Of a DNA stretch of 64,000 nucleotides, positions 25,774 to 38,279 are shown piece by piece. The notes beneath the pieces are model-generated. The model searched no databases and had not been told where the DNA came from. It saw nothing but the letters and a program-made list of their open reading frames with translations. Made by a program: the position numbers and the translations under genes. The DNA is from Lama glama (Eukaryota): contig CM052816.1 of the NCBI GenBank assembly GCA_028534125.1, positions 49,664,001 to 49,728,000 on the forward strand, read 5' to 3'. Within the stretch, counting starts at the first letter, position 1. Every line of letters starts with the position of its first letter.

Positions 25774-26779
25774 GAATAAAGGGTTTAAGATCAAGAGCAC
25801 TGAAGATAGAATTTAAGACAGGTGAAGAAATCCTGTCTGCGAAGGGGCAAGTAACTAAAAAAGTAATCAGAGAAATAGAGAATAAAGCCTTAGAGAGGGC
25901 AAGGAATAAATGTTTCCAAAACAGGAGCTCCTCAAGGAAATGGATAACTGAGAAAAGACTTTTAGTTTGAAGCCTCAAATCATTAATAGTCCTTAAATAA
26001 TTGTGGGCAGTGGAGAGAACAGCGGATTGCAGCTATTCCAGATCGAGCAGGTGCTGAGGAAGAAGTAATTGCCACAGACCACTCCTCCTAGGTTACAGTG
26101 CATTCCATTTAGAGCCCATCTGAAACCCTGAAGAGCCATTAAGGTGCCCAAGGTCCTAAAAATAAATTTCATAATAGTTACCTTAATAGCTTTATCTGGT
26201 CAATAATACACATTCTTTTTAGAGCTCTGAAGGGAATGGACATATAAAGTATCCAACTTAAAAATAAATTGAACTTGAGGAATATGGTTCTATAAAAAGA
26301 AGTGGAGTCCAAGCAAAGTCAGTAAATTCAGTACTAAAACTCAAGGAAAACAGGCGCAGGGACAGAAAATAAACTATTCTGACAAGAAAAATGGATAGAA
26401 CTATAGTTATATAAGGGAACCTATAAATACTCAGGGCTGTTGTCTAACTACAAAGCACCACAGAATTGAACCTGCACCTCTCAGCTCCAAGAAATCCGAG
26501 CGTATTTGTGGTGGTTTGTTCAAAATAAAATTTGCTTTGTGTTTTTTTGGGACACGCTGGCAGGCACAATTTTTTAAACATCCATAAAACGACTATTTGG
26601 TATATAAATGTTGCCTCATGTCCACTCAGCAGTAACTTAATAATGCCATTTCCTTTCCCGTTAGAATTATTCCTGGAGTCTATCTTGTTAATAGTTTTCA
26701 GTTTAACAAAACATGAGCACTTTCCGACAGGGATTAATGGAAGGGCAGTTCTCAGCCCTGCCTTTTTAAGTGCTTAATG

Positions 26780-27267
26780 CAAAGTTTTTGACCAAGGATA
26801 CAGGGCCCTCAGGGATGGGTAGATAGAATTCACAGTGTCTGTGTTTTCTGATCGGAAAAGAAAAATCATATGTTAATTTTTCCTAATGGTTCCCTGAAAC
26901 TTAGAATTTCCTTTCATTGCCTTCATAGGCAACAATGAGTCATCCTATTAGCAGTACCAGTAACTTTGTCACTAATAGAAATCACAAATGTTTTCACAGC
27001 ACATTATAAGCATTGTACACATCTGAAAATGCCATTTACACTGTGCACTAGTAAGAAGCAATAGTAGTCCTGGCACCACGTCTGTTAATGTGTTCATTGA
27101 TAAGCACATATATTACTATATCACACATTTTTAAATATTTTGATAATGACTTTGTGCTCCTGTTCATTTCATTTTATGCACTAAAAAGCTTATTTTTAGA
27201 AGGGCTCTTCCAGGCTTCACCAGACTGATAAAAAGGGTCCATAATGTAGAAAAAGCTCAGAACCCTG
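26780..27267 (+). mobile_element. hAT-Charlie DNA transposon remnant (Charlie4a-like)
   Basis: ATTAGCAGTACCAGTAACTTTGTCACTAATAGAAATCACA...AGGCTTCACCAGACTG...GGGTCCAT...AGAACCCTG (TIR end). Confidence 0.7.
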
Positions 27268-27425
27268 AGTTAATAGCTTATTGGTTTCAAAAGATATTTT
27301 TTTCCTTCTGTATAGCATGGAGGAAGCTTTTGTAAATAAAAGATATTAATGATCCATTTTCATTGAATGTTCGTTTCTGGCCTTGATTCTGAGTTTGTTC
27401 TTTAGCTCCATGTATAAAAAATATA

Positions 27426-27931
27426 AGCTGTTTTTCACCATTAAGTACTGTGTTGGCTGTAGGTTTGTCAAAAGTAGCTTTTATTATGTTGAGATATGTT
27501 CCCTCTATACACCCTTTGGTAAGGGTTTTTATCATAAATGGGTGTTGAATTTTATCAAATGTTTTGTCTGCACCTATTGAGATGGTCATGTGATTTTTGT
27601 CCCTTCTCTTGTTGATGTGGTGTATCACATTGATAGATTTGCATATGTTGAACCATCCTTGTGTCCCTGGGATGAACCCAACTTGATCATGGTGTATGAT
27701 CTTTTTTATGGGTAGTTGGATTCTGTTTGCTAATATTTTGTTGAGGATTTTTACGTCTATGTTCATCAATGATACTGGTCTGTAATTTTCATTTTTGGTA
27801 GTGTCTTTGGTTTTGGTATCAGGGTGATGGTGACTTCATAGAATGAGTTTGGGGGTATTCTCTCCTTTTCAGTCTTTTGGAGGAGTGTGAGAAGGATCGG
27901 TATCAGTTCTTCTTTGTATGTTTGGTAGAAT
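27426..27931 (-). mobile_element. Internal LINE-1 ORF2 (reverse-transcriptase region) fragment
   Basis: ORF 27287..27769(-) reads [50 protein letters not shown]...[13 protein letters not shown]. Confidence 0.95.
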
Positions 27932-30201
27932 AAAATAGCAGAAGATGATACTATTAAGTCACATTTTTGTTATCATGTTTACAGAGGTTTTATTAACAGG
28001 CTTGAGGTTTTAGTGAACCCATTGCTGCTTCTCACCAACAATGTCGGTTTAGAAAGTTTGTAACCCTAGAGAAAGATGAAGTATTCTGAGTTGATTTCAG
28101 ACACTAACCCATATTTAAAAGACGAGAGAAGAAAGATAAACTAAAGAATATCCCTCCTGCCCGGGGCTATGGTCTGAAATTGAGCACTTTTACCAGGACC
28201 TTTTCAATTTTCTCAAAACTAATTGTCATCTGTGTAAAATTTATAATCAGTTCAGTTATTTGGGTTGTTAATGACATGTACATTTGAGAAGAATGCTGCC
28301 TGCTTATGAGTTAACCAAAAACTACTGATCATCCAGAATCATAGCGTGAAATACCAAGTAAATGTGTATTACTCATTACATAAAAAAAGGATGCCAGTCT
28401 ATTAAATTAGTGATATTTTCAGTTGATGTTCACATCAGTTTCAGAGCATCAGAGTATTGTCACTGAACACATAATTAAGTCTATTTTTGAATTTAGTTCT
28501 TATTTCAGAATATGCTGGTGCCTAGAATTATTTAAGCAGTGTATGCTTCCAGGATTTGTATGATTCTGTCATTTGCTTGGCCTTCTCTAAGGAGGATGAG
28601 TTTGCACAGATCTCTGGGTGTTGGACGGGAATAAAAAAGTAGAAATGATTGGTCTTCGAACAACCTAGATTTTTTTGCAACTTGACTGTGACAGTAGCAT
28701 TATGCTAGGTGCTGAGACAATTGTCAAGATATCTAGCACATGATCATATACATTCAGACATTTGAAATATGTCTGATATACTTTTTCTGGCTTTTTGAGT
28801 ACCAGGAAAATATACCCACTCAATTTACCTCCTTAAGAGGGCTATTTTCAAGATTGCATGTGAACCAAAACTATAAAGAAGGCTAATGTACTACTTGAGC
28901 CTCTGTCTGTCTGTCTGTCTTCTTTTTTTTTTCAATAAATCTGTCTTGCTTTCTGAATTCTCTTTTTATTCCTGTTTCTAGGTCACATGGACTCATACAA
29001 TTTTTACTTTTCCCTGTGTTTGTACTGTTTCCTTCTTTGCATGAATGATGAATTTCAGTTTATCAAATATTCCTCAATTACAGCAGTATTTTTACTTGAG
29101 GTATCTTTTTTAATGAATAATAAATAGTGCTCTAAATTATACATGAAAAGGTTACTTATAACACAGAAAAGTAGTAAGCATACAACTGTATCTGAGAAGG
29201 AAAAACAATTCATTTAGTGTCTCTTAACTCTTCTTCCTAGCATAGCAAAATACCAGCTTTTCATACGCATTTAACCTTTTGAGCAGTCAGGTGGACTTTA
29301 TCATAGGAGCTTAAGTGAGTTCATTCATTAACCAGAACACTACAGAAGTCCCACAGAACTATTAACTGGCTTCTGGTGTTTGGTCTAGTCATTTAAAGGT
29401 AAAACAAATTTTATATTCTGGGGATAGTGGCATTGTTGACTGAAAATATTACAAAGAAATATATAAAATTCTGTCCAATAAAATGGATAAGCCAGTATAA
29501 TAGAAAAAAATTATTTCATTTTCCTAGTCTGGTAATAAGCCCTCAAATTTTTGCTTCTAATAAGACCTAAAAGAGAGAATTTTGTAGTTCTGGTTTAACT
29601 GTATCAATTGTAGGATTGCCTAATTGCCTAATTGCCTAATACCAGTAATATGGGAATAAAGAATTCTCCCCCCAAATGAAAACAAGCAACCCTAAGAGAA
29701 GAAATAAACATAAATCATATGCATTTCCTCATTTCCACCATTCTAAAATGCATGCCTTTTTTGTTGAAACACATTAGTATTTCTGAATTTGGGAGGTACC
29801 TTAAAATCAGTGATATATTGGTGGGACATAAGAAAATGGTACACAATAATGGGAACTTGGTCTCACTGCAGTCTGTTAAATTAACAATAAAACAGAAATA
29901 GGTAACATGACCATTCCAAAAAACAGACTACCAACAAGCATTTATATCTAAGCTAAGCCATCCAAGTAATGATTTTTAGATCAATAGAATAAAAATATGG
30001 ATTAATACTAAAGCAAATGATGCATAAATTCATGCTGCCCATTTGTATTTCCCATTGTGAATATGAATACTTCACCGTTATTCATGTCAGGCCACATCTG
30101 TAGAAGCCCGTATGTTTGCACATGGATTATACCCTTTCCAAATATGGAGAACTATGCTTAGACTAATTCAAAACCAGTAAGATCATTACACAGCATTTCA
30201 T

Positions 30202-30223
30202 ACACACACACACACACACACAC
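30202..30223. repeat. (AC)n microsatellite
   Basis: About 11 AC units. Confidence 0.95.
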
Positions 30224-30416
30224 CTGCCTTAATTAGAAACTAGTTGAATTGTCATTTACTAGGCACAATTATTAAGAAGTTTCTAGTGCATATCTCTGTG
30301 CCACTTAGCAACAGGTGATCGCATCTCTGATAGTCTAACTTGGAAAACTGTTGGCATGTCACTTGTAATGACCCTTTAATTTTTTTTTAACTTTTTCTTC
30401 TGATTACAGAGTTGCA

Positions 30417-30482
30417 TATATATACCTATATATAGTTATATATATAATTATATACAGTTATATATATATTTATATATGTATA
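30417..30482. repeat. Degenerate (TA)n simple repeat
   Basis: ATATATATACCTATATATAGTTATATATATAATTATATAC... Confidence 0.85.
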
Positions 30483-32294
30483 CACAAGACACTAGAAAAG
30501 AACACTTGGAAAACACAAAATTTGTTTGAATTTCTTTTCCTTTTAAAATGGAGTCTGCTTAAATCCACCGCTTGTAGTATACTACCAAATACTGCCCTTG
30601 TAACACTTATTTACCATTGCTTTATTCTTTCTAGTGTGGCTTCCCTGTGTCTAGTTGGCCAAATCCCATTTCAGATCTAAAGTTTTCAAGAACAGACATT
30701 GTGTCTTCATTGTATTTTCTTTCTTAGTGTCTGTAACACCTCAAATCCCTACCTGGATAGACTGGACATTTGACAAACCCAGGCAGTTGAGTGACTCAGA
30801 TTTCTTGAGAGAGCTAGAATAAAAAAATCTTAGAGGAAGAGAAAGAGAGGTGGAGAGATGGAGAGAGAGCAAGAGAGAGTGCCTTCATCTGTATTGATTA
30901 ATATAATAATGGGAAGCGGATTTTCACTTGTTGAAACATAATGAATACACTGCTAGACATAGGTAACCCAAATTTAAACTGCATTTTAAAAAAGAAAAAT
31001 ATTGGGAAAATTTATAGACGTGGTCTTACCTCACAGCATTTAAGTTAAAGAAGTGACTGTTTTACATTCCAGTCACAGCCTCTCTGCTCCAAATAATGTA
31101 ATAGTACGTACACTTGTTGAAATTCCAGGAGCTGGCTAGCCAAGTAAATTGTCTATGAGGCTGCTTTTATTACTGGTAGAGATGATTTTTCTTTTTAGTA
31201 TTCCACCTTAACCAGAGAGTATTGATAGAGGCTAAATATGGCAAAAATTATGTCTTAGTCAATCATGTTATTAATTAGTCATGCTTATGAGAAATGAGAG
31301 TTAAAACTGAATTTTAAAATAATTGCAAGGTGTGTGGCATAGATTTAATCAATTAATTTCTCTTCTTTATATTTACTTTTTAATCTGTTAGCACAGGTAA
31401 TGAATCTTAGATTTACATTGAAGTGAATTTGAGGGAAAAGAGAAATACACTGGAGAAATCCAAGCTAATGTGCACATGAATATTTAATTGGTGTTTGCTT
31501 ATTTTTTTCTAATGATTATTGCACACCGAAAATACAAAGCTATTGGCAAAAAAAAAAAAAAATTAACAGCGACAACGAAAATAATCCTGGGTTAGGACAC
31601 AAAGTTCTTGATAAAGTAATGCTAAAAATTTTGGAAATTATACATAAACCTTTACCTTTGTAACCTAAATTAGACTAATGTGATACTTACCCAGATGCTA
31701 ATTTCATGTTTGAAGATACTAACATTGAAAACAATTGCTTCCACGGTTTATCCTGAGGCATTTTGTTAAACATAGAAGAATGCCCTGTGTCATAATTGGC
31801 CTTTAAAAATGAAAAGATGAAAGCAGTTGTAGAGTGAGAATAAAGAGTAAGAGGGAGAGGAAAAAATATAGCTGTAGAACTCCTTGAGGTAGGCAGTTCA
31901 CTCTAGTCCTTTTCTATGGACCTCTAGCTATAAAATGATGCTGACTTCAAATTAGTTTCTACTGAGCTACTCCCAGCTGTATAATCACTTTGAACCTCAA
32001 AAGACTAAAGTATGAAATGTTGTGACTCTGCCTTGCACAAAGAAGAGGTTCCACAAATATTTTTAAATGTTGAATGAACAACAGTCTATGTGGAGCCTTC
32101 AGTCTATGAGCCATGGCAGAAACAATGATGAACACAAGGTGAGTGAGGTTACTACTCTCTGTCTTTGTAAACATGATCACCAAGTGCCCTGTTTGTCATT
32201 TTTCATCACTTCTCCACACTGCTTAAGCCTTATGCAGCAAACAGAAGGTCCCCAGCACGTCATATCAGCGTGTTTATCGTGACCCTTTGGTAAT

Positions 32295-32420
32295 AGATAC
32301 ACCTGGTGCCAAATTTTGGCTCTGTGACTTTATGGGAGCTATTTAACCTCTCTGAGCCTCAGTTGCCTCAAAGTTGGAAATGAAACTACTATTCTTGGGG
32401 TTATTTTGAGGCTGAAATGC
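32295..32420 (+). mobile_element. MIR SINE core
   Basis: CTGTGACTTT...TATTTAACCTCTCTGAGCCTCAGTTGCCTCA. Confidence 0.7.
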
Positions 32421-33544
32421 ATGGCATTTTTTTTCTCTGCAATAAATATATTCAGGCTTCATTTTTATTCTTGGAATGTCTGTGAGAGAAAAGATCCACA
32501 CCTTTGGAGCAAAGAAGTTTCTTCTGAAAGTGTCTTTTCATTTTACTTTGTTGAGTTGACACTTCCTAAGAAACTAGTATTCATGCATGGTTTTCTTATA
32601 TTACAGAATCAGATCATAAAAAGGGTTGGCTATGTGCTAAGGGGCATTTCATGATTTTTCTTCCAGTACATCCCCTTTATGTCCTTGGATATGTGAAACA
32701 ATGAAAATTAGCATTCTTCTCACTTTGATTGGAAAAATGAGTCATGATGAAACAAACAAAAAAGGTTATGCTAAAGATATGGGAACCAAGTATCATTCAA
32801 TTTGGAGGGAAATGGTTTGTTACTTTACTCTCGGTTATGGACTTGAGGAAATAAGATTCCTTTGATTACTGCACAAAGTTGCTGCCGGCTAAAACTTCAT
32901 CTCCATCTAACCTAAAGATAGGATTACTCGGATATTGAATTGGGAAAAAAACTTGATTATAAAGGTGCTTTTCAAAACTGTAATCTGGTTTATCAGAGTG
33001 TTAATATGAGACTTTTCCATAGGAAGGCTCCCTATTCTGTACCACAACGACGAAAAGCGCCTGCCAGACATAGACCTATTTTAAAAAGAGATTATTTAAT
33101 TAGTTATTTTTATTTCCAGTGAGTCTGGCCACATACTGTGGGGAATCATTTCATTTTCATTCATTATAAGAAGCTATAGTTTGTATTTCCCTCAGGCAGA
33201 GATTTATGTGGCAATTTGCATGCTTTGGTGACAGAATTATCTGATGATGAATATGATATTAGGGAGACGCCAACTGACATGACATTTTGAATCATTGCCA
33301 GTAACTGTTCATGATTAACAATTGTGCTTATGTATGTATTTTAATTTTTATTGAAGAATATTTTGTATGGGAAATGGGAGTGGACGTTCTATTCCTCTTT
33401 TACTTCCTGAATAAGAAGTGAGTGCATGTAAAAACCTGGCTGAACTAGCGGTATATGTTCAACTCTTGGATCTCCAAGTAGTCACTGTGGGAGTCAATCT
33501 CCCCTAGCCATAAGTTTTATCTCTAACTTTTGCTTTATAACAAT

Positions 33545-33790
33545 AAAATAACAATAACAACTACAATATAAGAGCTACCATTCACTGAGGGCATATTAAC
33601 CGCCATATGGTTTACTCTGTGCTCACCATGTATTTTTCCTAACCTGTGCAACAAAGCTCAGGTGGGTGTTATTCTCCCTGTAATACAGATTATTAATGCA
33701 CAGTTTCCATACTTCGCTATGTATTGGCATTACCCAGATTTTAAAAGAAATTACGGGTATCTGGGACTGCATTTACCTTCATGCCCGTAA
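33545..33790 (-). mobile_element. MIR SINE (antisense, decayed)
   Basis: AGCTACCATTCACTGAGGGC...AGGTGGGTGTTATTCTCCCTGTAATACAGAT. Confidence 0.5.
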
Positions 33791-35160
33791 CCAAAATTGC
33801 AGTGAAAACAGCCTTGATGACCTGATATACCAGCAAATTTGCCAAGACTTAATAAGTCACTTTATATACGTCATAAGCCACCAGTATATTACACTTCATT
33901 GTTAACCTTTTTCCCCACATAAATTGCTTATACTTGTAAATTGTATAATGCTATGAAATTATAGACCTTTGAATCTACTGATATAAGAGTGTTTCTATTT
34001 TCCTCTTATCTTTGTAGTTTTGGTTTAGTTGAGCAGATAACTTTGGAAAGTACTAAGGCCCAAGGATATATTGTCATAACCCCCTGCCTGAGCAATTTAT
34101 AGTTCACACAGTCATTTCTTTTTTCTGTAGCTAAAGAGATTTTGGGTAATGAAAAAAAGTGTTCAACTAATGAAATATTTTCTTACTAATGCAAGATTAA
34201 ATTTACATCTCAGAGTCTATTTATTTTGTGTAATTTATCATTCCTGTATATTAAAATTAGTAGCTATAGCCATCTGTATCCTAATGACTATTAAGTTACA
34301 AAATAATTGTTTTTAGTATTTTTTGACGCATTTGACTGAAGTGAAGGATTCCTAAGAAAAGCATGTCACTCTTTTCCTCATTTGTATAGGCGCTTTTAGA
34401 AATGATAGTAATTCTTCTATTTCCATTCGGGGTTAGTGGCTGTGCTTTGTTTTATGTGTGTGATTTGCTGATTCTTACCTGATTCCTGGTTAATCCTGTA
34501 AATATGTAACTAGGGTGATGAACATGAGTAAGGTAGTAAAATGAAAGCTTCTGGAGAAACTAGTCATTTACATAATTCCAAAATAAGAGAAACATTAAGT
34601 TCCCTTTTAGTTAAAAGCTTAAAAAAAAAACGTGAAATTCTAGTTTTGACTGCTTTTTCAAAATTTACAACTTCTTAATGAGCAAACAGGATTCTTTGTA
34701 ACCTAAGTCTTTATATTCATCATATAATTTTAACATAAGTTTGTAAGAAGCATATCTATTAGGTCAGACAATATAACAATAATATGAACATACTAGAAAA
34801 TAGCATCATATCCCATTATGAATATTTTGTTGAACAAAGATAATATTCTCTGCTCTTTTTAGCAGCTTAAGATTTAAATGCAGATTTAAGATTTTTAAAT
34901 ACCTTTAATTCTCTGAAATGTAGTATCCATTATTAGGTAGCTCTGATACACATTTTAGTTGTTTTTTCTACAAATACTACCCAGCAAAAGTGAACATTAA
35001 ACCTGGTCGTAACATAATATCAAGGTCTACTTTATTATTATATATAATAACTTTGAGAATACATAGAAGTTAAATATCCTGTTTTAATAAGCTGACCTAT
35101 ATTCATTACATTATAAAATGGATATCCCATATGAATCTTAAATTTAAGAGATAATGTGTT

Positions 35161-35290
35161 GGGGGGAAGGTATGGCTCAAGTGGTAGTGTGCATGCTTAC
35201 ATTGCAGGAGGTCGTGGGTTCAATCCCCAGTACGTTTTCTAAAAATAAATAAGTAAACCTAATTTCCACCTCCCAAAAAAAAACAAAAAG
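35161..35290 (+). mobile_element. tRNA-derived SINE of camelid type (vic-1-like, tRNA-Ala-like head)
   Basis: It starts with a G run and has an A box TGGCTCAAGTGG (35173-35184) and a B box GGTTCAATCCC (35217-35227). The body is AAAAATAAATAAGTAAACCTAATT, followed by a C-rich segment and an A tail. A degenerate TSD is possible (AAGAGATAATGTGT / AAGAAAGAATGTAT). Confidence 0.85.
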
Positions 35291-38279
35291 AAAGAATGTA
35301 TGAAAAGCCGGCTTTGCTTCTGTAAGTTTGTAATAATACTGTTATTACTTGTTAAGCTACTAAATTCTCCTAGAATGTACTTTCTATGAAATTCACAAAG
35401 TGTCCTTTGTTTTAAGAACTTTACATTTGCTGTGTTTAAAATTCTATGTTGAGTTGTCCCTTTCAGAACTACCAAAGTCCTGGCAAATACTGTATGCAAA
35501 GCCCTTGTGATACTTTCTTCTCTGGGAATGTTCGATTAGTAAATATGTTGTTATCAAGAATTCATCTCCTGCCTCAGTTTTATACTGGAAATGCTGACAA
35601 AAGTTTTTCTGTTTTATTTAGTTTGGAAGGAGGAAAAACAATGGAGCTGAGGTTGTGACATGGAGGGCAGTCTGAAAAATATTACTTGCAGAACTTTTAG
35701 TTTCCTTCCCCAACTCCAGCACGTCTCTGACGATATGATTCCTATCTCTTTATTTTCTGTGTGACAAACACTTCTTAGATTTTGGGGAATTAATGCACAT
35801 ACAGATATTTCTAGAATTCATATAAGCAGATCATCTACAGTGCACTTCCAGTTTCCATTTTGCTCTCCATCCTTTGTTCTGCCAACTTGCCAAAATGTTC
35901 TAGCAGGACGGGGGCTCATTACGTAGTACCTTGCCATCTGAAGTGGCTTCCTGTTTATTCTCTTCTTGTTTAGTTTCTTTTGACCTCTGGAACACTGAGA
36001 CTTCACACTTGACCTGAGATAACAATCTGGTATGAAGGAAAGCACAGCCTCATTGTACAGAAAAAATGGCTAGGTAGCTGATAATTGGATTTTGGACAAT
36101 GATTTATCTCTCAAATAAAACTCTGAGTTTGACATGTCAATAATACTACTTTATAACAAAACATCAGAGGCAATGCCTTGCATTACTTATCCCGCTATGC
36201 GTTTACCAAAAAAACTTAAAGGAGGTAAATAACTTTTAAGCGTGGGAAAGTATCTTCTGCATAGCAGGGTTTGAATATTTACATTTAGTATTCGACTCAG
36301 GTCTCTTGAAGCAGCTGAATCCACCTTTAGCATTTACCTTGGCATTATACCCCTTTACAGCTCTTTCCTGTGCAGATGTATGTTTTGTCGGAAGGCAAGA
36401 ATAGGTATATGTCTGCAGGTTTTTTAATTGCAGGCTTTTGACTCTACAGACAAATGTTTCATCAAACCATGCTGTTATCTTCATAGTCAGGAGAAGATAA
36501 ATTGTGCAGTGTAAGTGGAAGCCTGAGTACAAGTTCCTGAAATCTTGCCAGACTGCCAAAGGGCACTCAGCACTTGAAAAGCCCGTATGCTTTTCTTTCC
36601 TGAAAGGAGGCATCTTAAACAAACTAAAATGCACTCTTTGATTGTCCTATGACAATGCTGGTAACTGTCATAGGAGGATAGCATTGGATTTTGTTGACTT
36701 TCGTGAATTACTGCAATACAAATTTTGGCCTTTGGATACTAGAGTCCACAGGCCCCACTGTTCTAGTAACACTATCAGTCCACGTAACACTATCAGTCTG
36801 CATCAGTGCGCTCAGAAATTAGCTTCGGAACATATGAATGGACAATTTCCTATTATAATTTAACTTCATCATGAGTTTAATTTTTTCTGAGTTTAAAATG
36901 ATTAATTTAAGCTGATAGTACATCATAACTGACTTGAGATAACACAGTGTGCAGAAAAGCATAATCACATTTTATAGGAAAATAGCTAGATGGCTGATAA
37001 TTGAATCTGTAACTTAATGAATGCTGGTTTTCATTCCAAACATGTTATTTCCCCTACCTCCAAGAGCCAATTCTTACATATTTCCAGAGTTCCAGCATTC
37101 CAAGAACATATTTCTGATTTTTAACACCCACCCAGTCTGTTGACTCCTTAGAGCGATGATACACCTACATTCAGAAGATTGATTCAATTTCAAGAAGAGA
37201 AGTCGTCCCAAAAAAGCAGTGATTTGTTTTAATTTACGTTAACCCACAATGTTGAGAACTGCCAATTGTAAGGTGCTGTGCTAAGTGATTTAGAAACATA
37301 AATAGTGCAAAAGGGGCATGTTGCTACCTTTAAGAAGTTTATTACCTAAGAGAAAAAAAAATGCACAAATAGTTGTTCCTCATCGTTTACCTTGGGCACC
37401 TGTGAGCTTTCCAGTAGTGAAAATAATAGCATTCAGTTCTTAATGGCACGGGGCAAATACGTTAGTGGCCACATATCACAGAATCAGTCTTCAAGATTGT
37501 GAAGAAAATTGGCATTTATCTAGGGTGTGCAGCCCATCTGATGCAAAGAAATAGACTTTTCTCCAAGGTACACATGCATTTTATGTGAATTCCAAATAAG
37601 CTTAACTGATTTTTGCAAACTATTTTGATGATTTTGCAATTACTAGTTTCCCTAAGCAAGGTTACTATGGCCAGATGTGAAATTTAAGTCCTGATAAAAG
37701 AAGCGTGTTCTCTAAGTGTGGAGAGAAACAAGCATCACCACATAGATTTTCCCTCCAGGTCCTTTTAAGGTGATCACTCTCAGTGCAATGAGGGGAGGCT
37801 GACCCCCAGGGGTGCTCCTTGGGGATTTGTGAGCACATGAGTTAAGGGAGGACCGTGTTGTGCGTGTCCACTTCACATTCTTACACCATGTCCAGGGAGC
37901 TCTTCCCCATTTCCCCTATCTCCTGTCACCAAACTGGTGCATCTAAACTCTTCTTGAAATCAGCTTTTCTTATACCTCCTGTAGTCCTTCTGTCCCTCAT
38001 CCTCTTTCCTCTGACACCGCTCCCCAAGACCAGAAAAATGATAGCCTGACAGAACTCAGCAAGTGTGTGTGGGGAGGGTGGGGTAGGGCTTAAGTGACAG
38101 GACTCAAAAGAAAAAGATCTTCAGGGCTCCTTTTAACCCCTGGGCCACAAAGTGAGAAATAGTGGCCTTGATCTCTCCCTCATCAATTTAGAACCTGGTC
38201 TCAAGACAGCTCTAAAATAGAACAAATGCTAGGAATAAAAGAAAGGCTGTGGTCCAGGTGGCAGAGAGGGAGGTTTATG

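Noticed and set aside
35161..35233. Functional tRNA gene
   Set aside because: The stems are degenerate and there is no proper acceptor-stem closure. It continues into a SINE body and A tail.
36236..36634. 132-aa minus-strand ORF
   Set aside because: It has no recognisable homology and its length is compatible with chance in 64 kb.
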